Assembly: GCF_006345805.1 (NCBI RefSeq)
Contig: NC_043011.1
Span: forward strand, 30,020,464 to 30,084,463
DNA from: Octopus sinensis
Taxonomy: Eukaryota
Length of the DNA stretch: 64,000 nt
Reading direction: 5' to 3'
The notes below the pieces were generated by a model. The model was not told the origin of the DNA. It searched no databases and worked only from the letters and a program-made list of their open reading frames with translations. Of this stretch, positions 1-12,853 are shown in pieces; within the stretch, counting starts at the first letter, position 1; each line of letters opens with the position of its first letter. The position numbers and the translations under genes are program-made.

Positions 1-382
1 TCAAATGGTCATCTTAGGTATCTCCAGAGACACCATCGTATCTAACGGTTTCTTAAGTAACATTTTTAGGGTGCAAATTGAGGAAGATCTGACTACTTTT
101 TTCTGAAAGAGTCAAGTAGCCACATAGCAGCTCCCTCTGTTGACTTTGTGATAGCAGTTTTGATGTTTTTTTTTGTTTTTTGTTTTACACAGCTGTAGGT
201 GAATCATAATTTAGCAGACCAATCATCAAATACATCTCGACCATGGACATCCTGCCACTTAAAGATATCTGGGACTGTTTTATCTAATGTGTCTTCTCTT
301 TTTAAGTTAACAGAGTATGGTGTAGTGAAGATTTCGTTGCTATTTGTAGCAAGTCATGTGACTAGGTATAAACTGCTTTATT

Positions 383-687
383 TATTGTTTGTTCCTTCTC
401 GAGCCGCACCTGGCTCATAAGGGCTGATTTCCCGGTTTCCTTGGCATATAGGTTCCCCACCTGGACGGGACGCTGGTCCGTCGCAGGTGAGCTGCAAGAT
501 GCAGGAGGAAAGAGTGAGAGAAAGTTGTGACGAAAGAGTCAACAGACGTTCACCATTACCTTCTGCCAGAGCCACGTGGAGCTTAGGTGTTTTGCTCATA
601 AACACATGCATCGACCGGTGTGAGATTCAAACCTGCGATCCCTCGACCGCAAGTCCGCTGCTCTAACCACTTGGCCATGTGCCTCTA
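383..687 (-). mobile_element. tRNA-derived SINE (family C)
   Basis: Reverse complement has an A-box/B-box-like head (GGCACATGGCCAAGTGGTTAGAGCAGCGGAC...GCAGGTTTGAATCTC); homologous to the + copy at 6648-6920. Confidence 0.8.
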
Positions 688-713
688 CGCTTTATCTATT
701 GGTTCCTTCTTAA

Positions 714-912
714 TCCTTTAGCATTTAAACCAAACATATCTGGCCAAAATATTCTACCTGTTATATGTTCAAACTGGCCAGATCCAGTCTCTCACACCTA
801 CACTACAATGTCATTATAAAAATATACAACCACATCATCAAAATTTCAAAGCTACAAGATAATGCATGACTAATTCAAAATAATGTGATGGAGTATTCTG
901 AATGCTAAAGGG
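714..912. mobile_element. TTAA-flanked MITE (piggyBac-like, non-autonomous)
   Basis: TTAA at 710-713 and 913-916; termini TCCTTTAGCATT / AATGCTAAAGGG are inverted; related copies at 15863-16456 and 27653-28202. Confidence 0.7.
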
Positions 913-1064
913 TTAAACCACACTTGGAGCAATCATAAGAATATTGTCACTGAATTAAAACCATTAACCTTGACAAAGCCTACAGTTTGGGATGGAAAAT
1001 TCTAGGTGCAGAACTATAATCTCTCAAAGACATACATGAACCCTAGGTACACACACACACATTA

Positions 1065-1552
1065 TTTACTTTTTATTTGTTTCACTCATTGCACTGTGGT
1101 CATGCTGGAGCACTGCCTTGAGGGTTTTCATTGAACAATTAGAGCTCAGTACTTATTATTATTATTATTTTTTTTTTTTGACATCTAGAACTTATTCTAT
1201 CGGTCTGTATTGCTGAACTGCTAAGTTTCAGGAATATAAACAGATCAACACTACTTATCTAGTGCTAGTGAGGAACAAGCACGAATGCACGCACATATAC
1301 TTATGCATACGTACATACATACATAGAGACAGACAGACAGACTGACAGACAGACATATAAATAGATATGTATATATGTGTTTACACACACATATTATGAG
1401 ATAGGCTTTCACAAAGTTTCCATCCACCAAATCCATTTACAAGGCTTTGGTCAACCTAAGGTTATAGTAAAAAACACTTGCTCAAGGTGCCATGCTGCAA
1501 GACTGAACCAGAAACCATGCCGTTTGGAAGTAAACTTCTTACTATACAGCCA
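1065..1552 (-). mobile_element. tRNA-derived SINE (family B), degenerate, with internal microsatellite
   Basis: Matches the tail (GTTTCA...CATGCTGGAGCAC) and head (AAGGTGCCATG...GACTGAACC) of the other family B copies. Confidence 0.65.
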
Positions 1553-1676
1553 TAATTCATAATTCATAATTCATAGAATGTTCATAGAAAAATTGGTGAG
1601 TTGAGTTATTATTCTCTGAGGTGGTTTTCGTCTCATTATGACCAAGATATCTTTACTTATCTCCCTTTACAAAATT

Positions 1677-2093
1677 TATTCTTTTATTTGTTTCAGTCAT
1701 TTGACTGCAGCCATGCTGGAGCACCACCTTTAGTCAAGCAACTCAGCCCCAGGACTTATTCTTTGTAAGCCTAATACTTAATCTATCGGTCTCTTTTGCC
1801 AAACTGCTAAGTGACGGGGACGTAAACACACCAGCATCGGTTGTCAAGTGATGTTGGGGGGGACAAACACAGACACACAAACATATACATACATACATAC
1901 ATACATATATATATAACATATATATATATATATACAAAAGGCTTCTTTCAGTTTCTGTCTACCAAATCCACTCACAAGGCTTTGATCAGTCCAAGGTTAT
2001 AGTAGAAGACACTTGCCCAAGGTGCCATGCAGTAGGACTGAACCCAGGACCATGTGATTGGTAAGCAAGCTACTTACCACACAGCCACTCCTG
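1677..2093 (-). mobile_element. tRNA-derived SINE (family B)
   Basis: Full copy; head rc CAGGAGTGGCTGTGTGGTAAGTAGCTTGC...GGGTTCAGTCC; internal (TA/CA)n. Confidence 0.85.
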
Positions 2094-2568
2094 CTGAGAT
2101 AATGATGAGATAAATTTTAAACAAAGCATTGCAATCGATATGTTCAGCTAAAAATAACTCCCAATAATCCCTCAGAGGCAAGGTACCAGCAGAGCCACAA
2201 GCTAATGACTAAGAACTACCAGTAAAAGAATTCTAAAATATTTTGGAATGCCACACATTTAAACAGACATAATGTCATTATCTGGAGAATAGAGATCAAG
2301 CCAAAACTGTTTATTTGTATGGTTGTTTTTGTTGCTTTTTGTTTTACCATGCATTTAAAGAACATCTTTATGTTATGCTCTGTTTTAAGTTTGTTTTCCA
2401 ATGTAAGTCAAATATATTTTATAGAATAAACAAATTTTCCTTTGGTTAATTTCATGTAATTCTAAACTTTGTAATGATAAAAATATCTTTAAACAGACAA
2501 ACACTGAATGAGAATAGTATAATATACAATAAAATAAAATATTACATCAATAAAAAAAAAATATATAT

Positions 2569-2650
<82 letters not shown>

Positions 2651-3143
2651 AAACAGTAAAAAGCAATGAATACATTCGATGAGCTGGGGTAAGGGGTGGG
2701 AGGGTGGATAATCTAAAAAACAAGAAAATAAAAATGAAAATAGATAAACAGAACAATAAAATATCTAAGAGAAACTGTTTCTAAAATTATTACAATTTTT
2801 TTTAAATAAATAAAAATGTTTTGGGAAAGTAAAAAAAATAAATTTAAATGAAAAAATCTAATAATGTTTCTTTTAGTTTTTGGTTTGTTATATATTATAT
2901 TTATTTAATTATTTGTATTCTTTTTTCTGTTAGAAAAAATATTTTGAACTGTAAAAGAACTGGAGACAGTTTATCTACATCCAGTTTATTAGATTGGTGC
3001 CTCTCTATTTGGTGTGCCATTGTTCAAAGTATTGTTAAAGATAAGGCTGGATTTCTCAAGTACCACACACACACACACACATACACACACACACACACAC
3101 ATGCACATACATACATACATACATACATACATACATACATACA

Positions 3144-3179
<36 letters not shown>

Positions 3180-3309
3180 TATATGTATGTGTGTGCATAT
3201 ATATGCATATATATGTGTGTGTAGGTGTATTTATTTATTTATCTATATATAGAAACTATTTTGAATACATGCACTCTACCAAAGTCAGTGGGGTTAGTTT
3301 GTTAATGTT

Positions 3310-4060
3310 ATCACAACCACCTCCATCACTACTACTATCATCATCACCACTACCACCACCACCACAACCATCACCAACATGGCCACTACCACCTCCACTA
3401 CCATCATCATCATCACCACCACCACCACCACCATCTCCAACATGACCACTACCATCATCACCACCACTATCACCTCCACCACAACCATCTCCAGCATGAC
3501 CACTACCACCACCACCACAACCATGACCAACATGACCACTACTACCTCCACTACCATCATCATCACCACCATAAACTCCACCACAACCATTTCCAACACC
3601 ACCACTATCACCACCACCACAACCATTACCAACATGACTACTACCATCATCATCACCACCACCACCACCATCTCTAACATGACCACTACCATCATCACCA
3701 CCACTATCACCTCCACCACAATCATCTCCAGCAACACCACTACCACCATCACCACAACCATCACCAACACGACCACTACTACCTCCACTACCATTATCAC
3801 CACCACCATCAACTCCACCACAACCATCTCCAACACCACCACTACCACCATCACCACAACCATCACCAGCATGACTACTACCATCATCATCACCACCACT
3901 AACTCCACCACAGCCATCTCCAATACCACCACTACCACCACCACCACAACCATCCCCAACATGACCACTACCATTATCACCACCACCACCACCTCCACCA
4001 CAACCATTACCACCACCACCACCACCACCACCACCATTATTATTGCTGTCACCATCATCA
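3310..4060. repeat. (ACC/ATC)-rich degenerate minisatellite with recurring higher-order motif
   Basis: Recurring CCAACATGACCACTACCATCATCACCACC...ACCTCCACCACAACCATCTCC blocks. Confidence 0.8.
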
Positions 4061-4129
4061 TCCCTTTTGCTATTTATTAGCATTTTCACCATCTTGTTGA
4101 TTTTTAATTACCGCCACCATCTTCAGTAT

Positions 4130-4621
4130 TACCATTTAAAAACATTTTATCATCAGCAATAACCTAGGTGCCATCACTATCCTCATTCCTTTTGTCATCA
4201 TAATCTTCCATATCATTATCATCACCATAATCAATACCATCATGAGCATCATAATCATCATTCTAATCATCACTGTCATTGTTGCTGCAATTATCTTCGT
4301 CATTGTCATTATCACAATCATTACTCTTGTCATCTACATCATAATTACCATCACCATCATGACGATGATCCTCATCAACTTTATCTCTGTCGCTGTTGTT
4401 ACAGTTATCTTTATCATCGTCATCTTCATCATCATCATCATCGTCATCATTATAATTATTACCACCATTATCAAAATCATTGCAGTAATCACAAACAACA
4501 TTATCATCATCTCGATCGTCTTTATTAGTGGTTATCTTCAACGTCATTGTTCATGTTATCGTTATGTTAAAATTATCAGCAATCATTGCTGTTGTTACCA
4601 TCATCATCATCATCATCATCC

Positions 4622-4661
<40 letters not shown>

Positions 4662-4811
4662 CATCATCATCATCCATCATCATCATCCTCATCATCATCA
4701 TCATCATCATCATCCATCATCATCATCATTCATCCTCATCATCATCATCATCATCTCATCCTCATCATCATCATCAGCATCATCATCATCATCCTCATCA
4801 TCATCATCATC

Positions 4812-4883
<72 letters not shown>

Positions 4884-5035
4884 CAATCATCATCATCATC
4901 ATCATCCTCATCATCCTCATCATCATCCTCATCATCATCATCATCATCATCTCCTCATCATCATCATCATCATCATCCATCATCATCATCTCCTCATCAT
5001 CATCATCCTCATATCATCATCATCCTCATCATCAT

Positions 5036-5086
<51 letters not shown>

Positions 5087-5135
5087 TCATCCTCATCATC
5101 ATCATCATCATCATCATCAATCATCATCATCATCG
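4130..5135. repeat. (ATC)n trinucleotide microsatellite, degenerate then nearly pure
   Basis: Directly visible, purest at 4600-5135. Confidence 0.95.
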
Positions 5136-5337
5136 TTCATCTGTTTTTCTGTGTCTTTGAATGAAACAAATATCATATCCCCGTCTATTGTCATTTAAAA
5201 CAATTATAATCATTATAGGTGCTGGTATTGTTGTTGTTGTTGTTGTTAACTCCAGGTACCGTATAGTAAAAAAGCTTGCTTTCCAACCATGTTTCCTGGC
5301 TCAGTTCCACTGCTTGACACCTGGGGCAAATGTTTTC

Positions 5338-5570
5338 TTATTTATTTACTGCCCACTAAGGGCAACACACAAAGGGGACAAACAAGAACAGACAAACAGA
5401 TTAAGTCGATTATATCGACCCCAGTGTGTAACTGGTACTTATTTAATCAACCCCAAAAGGATGAAAGGCAAAGTCGACCTTGGTAGAATTTGAACTCAGA
5501 ACGTAGCGGCAGACAAAATACCACTAGGTATTTCGCTCGGCGTGTTAACGTTTCTGCCAGTTCACTGCCT
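5338..5570 (-). mobile_element. tRNA-derived SINE (family A)
   Basis: Contains the family core AAAGGATGAAAGGCAAAGTCGACC...GAATTTGAACTCAGAAC (rc B-box GAGTTCAAATTC). Confidence 0.85.
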
Positions 5571-5984
5571 TATGTCTTCTGCTACACCTTCTCCTCAACT
5601 TATGACTTATGCGACTTACAACCACCTGCACTTATGACAAAAAAGTAAAATAAGGAAGCAGAAAAATACATAAATAAGTAAAAACTCGATCTTTGGACGT
5701 TGGGCAGCAGTGTGTAATGATAACTATAGCAGCATCTGGCAACATAGGCCTCACATCAACCCAGGCATCTACTACCTGCCACTGTCCTCCACTCAGTCGC
5801 TTTCAAGCATCAGCTGTGTTTGAACGAAAACAGTGTTGAAAAATAGAGAGTCACCAGGCAGTCAGATTGACTTATGACCCATCAGCTGGAATGGAACTCG
5901 GTTGTGAGTTGAGAAGAAGATATATAGTCTTAAGCCACCCAAAGTCTTGTGAATGGATTTCTTTGATGTAAATTGAAATAAGCT

Positions 5985-6316
5985 CACCATAATCTCATGG
6001 CCTATGCCAGGGGAATAACCAGCCCACTTATGCATACCTTTTCCTTTTTTGGACACTAAAACTCTGCTTGTGAAGACCTGTTGAGTCAAGTGAAATCAAA
6101 ATCAAATTCGATGACTGGCATCCGTGCTAGCGGGGTGCAAAGAGTGTAAAAGCACCCACTATACTCTTGGAGTGGTTGGCGTTAAGAAGGGCATCCAGCT
6201 GTAGAAACTCTACCAGATCAAGATTGAAGCCTAGTGCAGCCGTCTGGTTCGCCAGCCTTCAGTCAAATCGTCCAACCCATGCTAGCATGGAAAGTGGACG
6301 TTAAACGATGATGATG
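5985..6316 (+). mobile_element. RTE-LINE 3' UTR / RTE-tailed SINE (family D) with (GAT)n tail
   Basis: TTGGAGTGGTTGGCGTTAAGAAGGGCATCCAGC...CCATGCTAGCATGGAAAGTGGACGTTAAACGATGATGATG; related copies at 43331-43870 and 54440-54690. Confidence 0.65.
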
Positions 6317-6335
6317 TATATGTGTGTGTGTGTGT

Positions 6336-6376
<41 letters not shown>

Positions 6377-6647
6377 CCCTGGTCTTGACATCATTTGATG
6401 GTTGTAAAATGAGCATTATTGTCGTACAGATGATGTTGTTCCTTTCCAGTCTTTTATGGAAAAGATGTTGGGTCATGGGAAATATTACTTTGCTTGGAAA
6501 CAGGTGAGGGTTGGTGATAGGAAAGGGATCCAGCCATAGAAAATCTGCCTCAACAATTTCTGTCTGGCCCATACATGCATGGAAAAAGTGTACATTTGAT
6601 GATGATGATGATGATGATGATGAATATATCATCATCATCATCATCGT

Positions 6648-6920
6648 GGAGGCACATGGCCTAGTTGTTAGAGCAGCAGACTTGCGGTCGAGGGATCGCG
6701 GATTTGAATCTCAGACTGGGCGATGTGTATGTTTATGAGCGAAACACCTAAGCTCAACGTGGCTCCGGCAGAAGGTAATGGTGAATGTCTGCTGAGTCTT
6801 TTGTCACAACTTTCTCTCACTCTTTTCTCCTGCATCTAGCAGCTCACCTGCGACGGACCGGTGTCCGGTCCAGGTGGGGGGGGAAACTATACGCCAAGAA
6901 AACTGGAAACCGACCCATCA
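6648..6920 (+). mobile_element. tRNA-derived SINE (family C)
   Basis: Head GGAGGCACATGGCCTAGTTGTTAGAGCAGCAGAC...GGATTTGAATCTC; homologous to 383-687. Confidence 0.8.
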
Positions 6921-7891
6921 TTTAACGCCTGTTTTCCATGCTGGTACGGGTCGGACGGTTTGATAGGAACAGGTAAGTCAGAAGACTGCACCAAGCTGTG
7001 CTGCCTGCTCCAAGCATGACTTCTATGGCTGAATGCCATCTTTGCCATCAACGTCTGGATCCATCACTTAACAGTCATACCAAGAAAATAAAGAGCTGCA
7101 CACACACACACACACACACACACATGTGCACACACACACATGCACTCTTGCAAACACCAGTTGTCATTGGAAAAGAAAAATAAACAAACAACACTTCATG
7201 TATTTATAACATTAACAACAATAATATTGAAAATAATATTATCGAAAATAATATTGAAAAATCAGAAACAGAAAAGGATTCCATACAGTTTTGAAGGTTT
7301 GCATTAATGGTATCATACAAACATACTGAGCAAGTAGATACTTTACCGTATGCTTACTTTATAATTCGCAAAGTGGTCTCCTCTGAGAAACAATTATTAC
7401 CATAAAGAATCGTTATACTCATTTAAAACCCATGTATGCCATTATTTTCACTTTAGGTTTTCCTTCCTTATAAGGCAAGTGTGTAGCAATTTTTCTTCTT
7501 GTTCCTTCTTGCTGAATATGCTTTGGTATTCATATTATTATAATCTATCTAAATTGCTTGCAATGCTTTCTAAAGCCTATTTATGCAATTTTTAAAAATA
7601 GAATTCCAATAGATATTTCCAAATCTGAATCAATTACATCACAGAAAAGTCAAGATAACCATTTAGAATACCAGAAACTCAAATAAATCATTATAATGAT
7701 GATGGTAAACAACGTTATTAAGAAATTTGAAACCAATATTATTAAGAAATGGGACGGAAATAAATGTAACAATAAAAGGTTCAAATTTTGGTAAAAGGCC
7801 AGAATTTCGGAACATAAACACGGATGAAATGCCACTAAGTATTTTGCTCAGCATGCTTATAATTCTGCCAATTCACTGTCTTTAATATAGC

Positions 7892-7955
<64 letters not shown>

Positions 7956-7976
7956 TGATAATAATAATAACTCTCT

Positions 7977-8208
7977 CTCACTTTTTACTCTTTTACTTGT
8001 TTCAGTCATTTGACAGCAGCCATGCTGGAGCACCGCCTTTAGTCGAACAAATCGACCCCAGGACTTATTCTTTGGAAGCCTAGTACTTATTCTATCAGTC
8101 TCTTTTGCCGAACTGCTAAGTTACGGGAACGTAAACACACCAGCATCGGTTGTTTGTCAAGCGATGTTGGGGTGACAAATACAGACACACAAACATATAA
8201 ACACATAC

Positions 8209-8269
<61 letters not shown>

Positions 8270-8437
8270 CACATATACATGATGGGTTTCTTTCAGTTTC
8301 CGTCTACCAAATCCACTCACAAGGCTTTGGTTAGTCCGAGGTTATAGTAGAAGACACTTGCCCATGGTGCCACGCAGTGGGACTGAACCCAGAACCATGT
8401 GGTTCATAAGCAAGCTACTTACCACACAGCCACTCCT
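7977..8437 (-). mobile_element. tRNA-derived SINE (family B)
   Basis: Full-length match to 1677-2093 and 32423-32889. Confidence 0.85.
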
Positions 8438-8449
8438 CAGAAATTATAG

Positions 8450-8617
8450 TCACAAGACCTGAAGCTTTGGGGGAGGGGACTAGTCGATTACATTGACCCA
8501 AGAATTTCACTGGTACTTAATTTATCAACCTTGAAAGGATGAAAGGCAAAGTCGACCTCAGTGGAATTTGAACTCAGAATGCAGCGATGGGCGAAATACC
8601 ACAAAGCATTTTGTCCA
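8450..8617 (-). mobile_element. tRNA-derived SINE (family A variant)
   Basis: Family A core present. Confidence 0.75.
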
Positions 8618-8624
8618 GGAAAGG

Positions 8625-8830
8625 GTAGATAAGCAAGGTAGGAAGAGTGTTAATGAATTTCAGGAGGCATGGCCTTTTTGAAAGGTGTGGTGTCCTGACA
8701 GATAACAATAGATGCAGGTAGTTTATCCCATGTTTTGACAATTCAGAGTGCAACTTCAGAAAAGTGTTTCTGAAGTTCATAGGTGCTGTGGTAAGTAGAA
8801 CACAGATTCTCCAGAACACTCATCTAATGT
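8625..8830 (-). mobile_element. CR1/L2-like LINE 3' end fragment
   Basis: Minus frame reads FQKHFSEVAL*IVKTWDKLPASIVICQDTTPFK, resembling the CR1/L2 ORF2 C-terminus (FF..RVV..WN.LP..VV); related piece at about 41700-41880 (+). Confidence 0.55.
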
Positions 8831-9427
8831 GTCCTATTCTATAACAGCTAATAGGCATGTGGACAAGTATATACGGAAGCAAACTCCCCACTTAAAATCA
8901 TTTCTAATCTTAGTATAAGACTCAGTCAGGTATTACCATCTTACTCCTCCCTTTTCTAACCGACACCATTGTAGCATCCAGCATTTCAGACCATATATTA
9001 CTTACTATGCAGAACCATGTTACCCAGAATATTGAACCTTTGAACTTCTGTTCTTGCTCAAAGCTTTCCCTTAGGTGTTGACTTAGAAAAGTTCAACAGG
9101 ATCATGACATCCCTGTCAAATTCAGTTCCTTGTCACTTGATTGCCACCGGACACTCCTCAAATGCTCCGTCTCTTTTATCCTCCCTGGTTTCCAATCCAT
9201 AGCTTCCCTTGCCAAATATTCCTGTAGCCTTCTTAAACATATGATCTACCTATCTCCACTTATGTCATGCCAGTTGTTGATTGATGAGTTCCTTCTTGGC
9301 TTTCGCTCCCTAGTCTTTTCTACTCAGAAATTTTAGATATCTTATGGATATATATGTTCATTTTCCATGACTCAGCACCATTCATATATATATACTTTAT
9401 TTAAAAGCAGCAGAAATTCAACAAAAC

Positions 9428-9465
9428 CTGTAACTCGGAGTTTCACATTCCCGTTCGTCGGACAG
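9428..9465 (-). ncRNA. Hammerhead-like motif (variant core CCGACGA) in a putative Penelope-like end
   Basis: rc: CTGT CCGACGA ACGGGAATGT GAAAC TCCGA GTT ACAG; stem I CTGT/ACAG; U4C deviation; weak stem II. Confidence 0.45.
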
Positions 9466-9532
9466 TTTCGTTAATATATATATATATATATGTATATATG
9501 TATATATATATATATATATGTTTATATGTATA

Positions 9533-9566
<34 letters not shown>

Positions 9567-9670
9567 TATATGTATATCTATATATATATACGGATATATA
9601 CATACATACATATATATGTATGTATGTATATACATGTATCTATCTACCTACCTACCTACCTACTACCTAC

Positions 9671-9732
<62 letters not shown>

Positions 9733-9919
9733 TAATTTCGTGCATGCGGATTGCTTGTTCTTGGTTTTGTTGACTACACAGTATACTAGGGTCAGTTGGG
9801 CACCATCTGTGAGAAAAACAGCACCATGATGCAAGTCACTCTGCCAGAAATTTAGAAATGACAAGTTGCATTGCTTGGCATTCATGCTAGAAGCTCCAAT
9901 ACGAACATGTACAGAGAGG

Positions 9920-10486
9920 GATAAAAATCAAACATCCAGTCAACATCATGGTGTTTGGAATGATCACTAGTGATGGCGATGTTATGCTTCTTTAATCTTC
10001 GCACACAGCCTCAGACTCAACTCAAAGGCCTACATCAAGTACCTGGGGGAGGTAGTGTTGCCCTGGGTCAAGAGTGTAGCTACTGGAAGACGCTAGGTCT
10101 GGTAACAGGACTCTGCACCATGCCACACAAGCAGGAGAACCCAGTCATGGCTGTCAGACAATTTGTGAGACCATATCACCCTTAACATCTGGCTACCTAA
10201 CTTCACTTGATTATTACGTGTGGGGTGCAGTTGAGTGAGAAACCAACAAGACTCCTTGTGACACCAAAGATGAACTGAAGGCAAGGATTATGTCAGCATT
10301 CCAACTTAAACAAGGAGACTGTCCAGAAGAGTTGCAGGTGAAGCCAATAATGATTTTATCAAATAAATTTACTCTTCGGTATTTCAAAGTATTTTAATAT
10401 AATTTTGGTAATATATCTGTTAAAATGCGATGTCTATTATTTTCATATTTGCATAATTTAGAGGACAGTTTATTCACCGCACCCTG
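9920..10486 (+). mobile_element. DD37D (maT-like) Tc1/mariner transposase remnant with right TIR, copy 1
   Basis: Frameshifted KIKHPVNIMVFGMITSDG...VW*QDSAPCH...LDYYVWGAVE; ends CACCGCACCCTG followed by TA. Confidence 0.75.
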
Positions 10487-10631
10487 TATATATATATATT
10501 ATATATATATATATATGTTTATATGTATATCTATATATATATACGGATATATACATACATACATATATATGTATGTATGTATATACATGTATCTATCTAC
10601 CTACCTACCTACCTACCTACCTACCTACCTA

Positions 10632-10686
<55 letters not shown>

Positions 10687-10872
10687 TAATTTCGTGCATG
10701 CGGATTGCTTGTTCTTGGTTTTGTTGACTACACAGTATACTAGGGTCAGTTGGGCACCATCTGTGAGAAAAACAGCACCATGATGCAAGTCACTCTGCCA
10801 GAAATTTAGAAATGACAAGTTGCATTGCTTGGCATTCATGCTAGAAGCTCCAATACGAACATGTACAGAGAG

Positions 10873-11437
10873 GGATAAAAATCAAACATCCAGTCAACAT
10901 CATGGTGTTGGAATGATCACTAGTGATGGCGATGTTATGCTTCTTTAATCTTCGCACACAGCCTCAGACTCAACTCAAAGGCCTACATCAAGTACCTGGG
11001 GGAGGTAGTGTTGCCCTGGGTCAAGAGTGTAGCTACTGGAAGACGCTAGGTCTGGTAACAGGACTCTGCACCATGCCACACAAGCAGGAGAACCCAGTCA
11101 TGGCTGTCAGACAATTTGTGAGACCATATCACCCTTAACATCTGGCTACCTAACTTCACTTGATTATTACGTGTGGGGTGCAGTTGAGTGAGAAACCAAC
11201 AAGACTCCTTGTGACACCAAAGATGAACTGAAGGCAAGGATTATGTCAGCATTCCAACTTAAACAAGGAGACTGTCCAGAAGAGTTGCAGGTGAAGCCAA
11301 TAATGATTTTATCAAATAAATTTACTCTTCGGTATTTCAAAGTATTTTAATATAATTTTGGTAAATATATCTGTTAAAATGCGATGTCTATTATTTTCAT
11401 ATTTGCATAATTTAGAGGACAGTTTATTCACCGCACC

Positions 11438-11440
<3 letters not shown>
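10873..11440 (+). mobile_element. DD37D (maT-like) remnant, copy 2
   Basis: Near-identical to copy 1. Confidence 0.75.
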
Positions 11441-11478
<38 letters not shown>

Positions 11479-11525
11479 CACACACATATACATAGATATA
11501 GGTTGTTTGAGGTAGTGTACAAATT

Positions 11526-11690
11526 TTATATATAAAGAAAACCAAGGTAGTGAGAATTTTAGTTAATTATTTATTTATCACTTTCATCTCTTTTGAGAGA
11601 TGCATCATGATGAATCTCTCAAAAGAGATGAAAGTACTAAATAAATAATTATTAAAAATTCTGACTTCCTCTGTTTTCTAATATATATAT
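11526..11690. repeat. Loopless palindrome of two head-to-head hammerhead remnants
   Basis: Centre 11607/11608 (GCATCA|TGATGA); right arm TGATGA ATCTC TCAAAA GAGAT GAAA GTAC TA; duplicated at about 12546-12712. Confidence 0.75.
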
Positions 11691-11885
11691 ATATATATAT
11701 TAATTTCGTGCATGCGGATTGCTTGTTCTTGGTTTTGTTGACTACACAGTATACTAGGGTCAGTTGGGCACCATCTGTGAGAAAAACAGCACCATGATGC
11801 AAGTCACTCTGCCAGAAATTAGAAATGACAAGTTGCATTGCTTGGCATTCATGCTAGAAGCTCCAATACGAACATGTACAGAGAG

Positions 11886-12450
11886 GGATAAAAATCAAAC
11901 ATCCAGTCAACATCATGGTGTTTGGAATGATCACTAGTGATGGCGATGTTATGCTTCTTTAATCTTCGCACACAGCCTCAGACTCAACTCAAAGGCCTAC
12001 ATCAAGTACCTGGGGGAGGTAGTGTTGCCCTGGGTCAAGAGTGTAGCTACTGGAAGACGCTAGGTCTGGTAACAGGACTCTGCACCATGCCACACAAGCA
12101 GGAGAACCCAGTCATGGCTGTCAGACAATTTGTGAGACCATATCACCCTTAACATCTGGCTACCTAACTTCACTTGATTATTACGTGTGGGGTGCAGTTG
12201 AGTGAGAAACCAACAAGACTCCTTGTGACACCAAAGATGAACTGAAGGCAAGGATTATGTCAGCATTCCAACTTAAACAAGGAGACTGTCCAGAAGAGTT
12301 GCAGGTGAAGCCAATAATGATTTTATCAAATAAATTTACTCTTCGGTATTTCAAAGTATTTTATATAATTTTGGTAAATATATCTGTTAAAATGCGATGT
12401 CTATTATTTTCATATTTGCATAATTTAGAGGACAGTTTATTCACCGCACC

Positions 12451-12453
<3 letters not shown>
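11886..12453 (+). mobile_element. DD37D (maT-like) remnant, copy 3
   Basis: Near-identical to copies 1 and 2. Confidence 0.75.
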
Positions 12454-12503
<50 letters not shown>

Positions 12504-12699
12504 CACACACATATACATAGATATAGGTTGTTTGAGGTAGTGTACAAATTTTATATATAAAGAAAACCAAGGTAGTGAGAATTTTAGTTAATTATTTATT
12601 TATCACTTTCATCTCTTTTGAGAGATGCATCATGATGAATCTCTCAAAAGAGATGAAAGTACTAAATAAATAATTATTAAAAATTCTGACTTCCTCTTG

Positions 12700-12737
<38 letters not shown>

Positions 12738-12818
12738 GATATATATATATCAGATGACAGATAAATGTGTGACATTACTTCTGGGAGTCGAACAATATCA
12801 TAGATATATGATAAAAAA

Positions 12819-12853
<35 letters not shown>

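Noticed and set aside
2848-5198. Long ORFs (up to 318 aa; poly-Thr, Gly, Ile, His, Ser)
   Set aside because: Open in several frames on both strands only because ACC/ATC repeats lack stops; no domain or splice evidence.
9130-9240. Minus-strand MFKKATGIFGKGSYG...CPVAIK resembling kinase subdomains I-II
   Set aside because: Stops immediately before and after, the conserved Val after the Gly loop is missing, and no downstream kinase motifs were seen; likely chance.
9970-12251. Thrice-repeated 71-aa and 63-aa ORFs
   Set aside because: Off-frame or antisense readings of the triplicated maT remnant.
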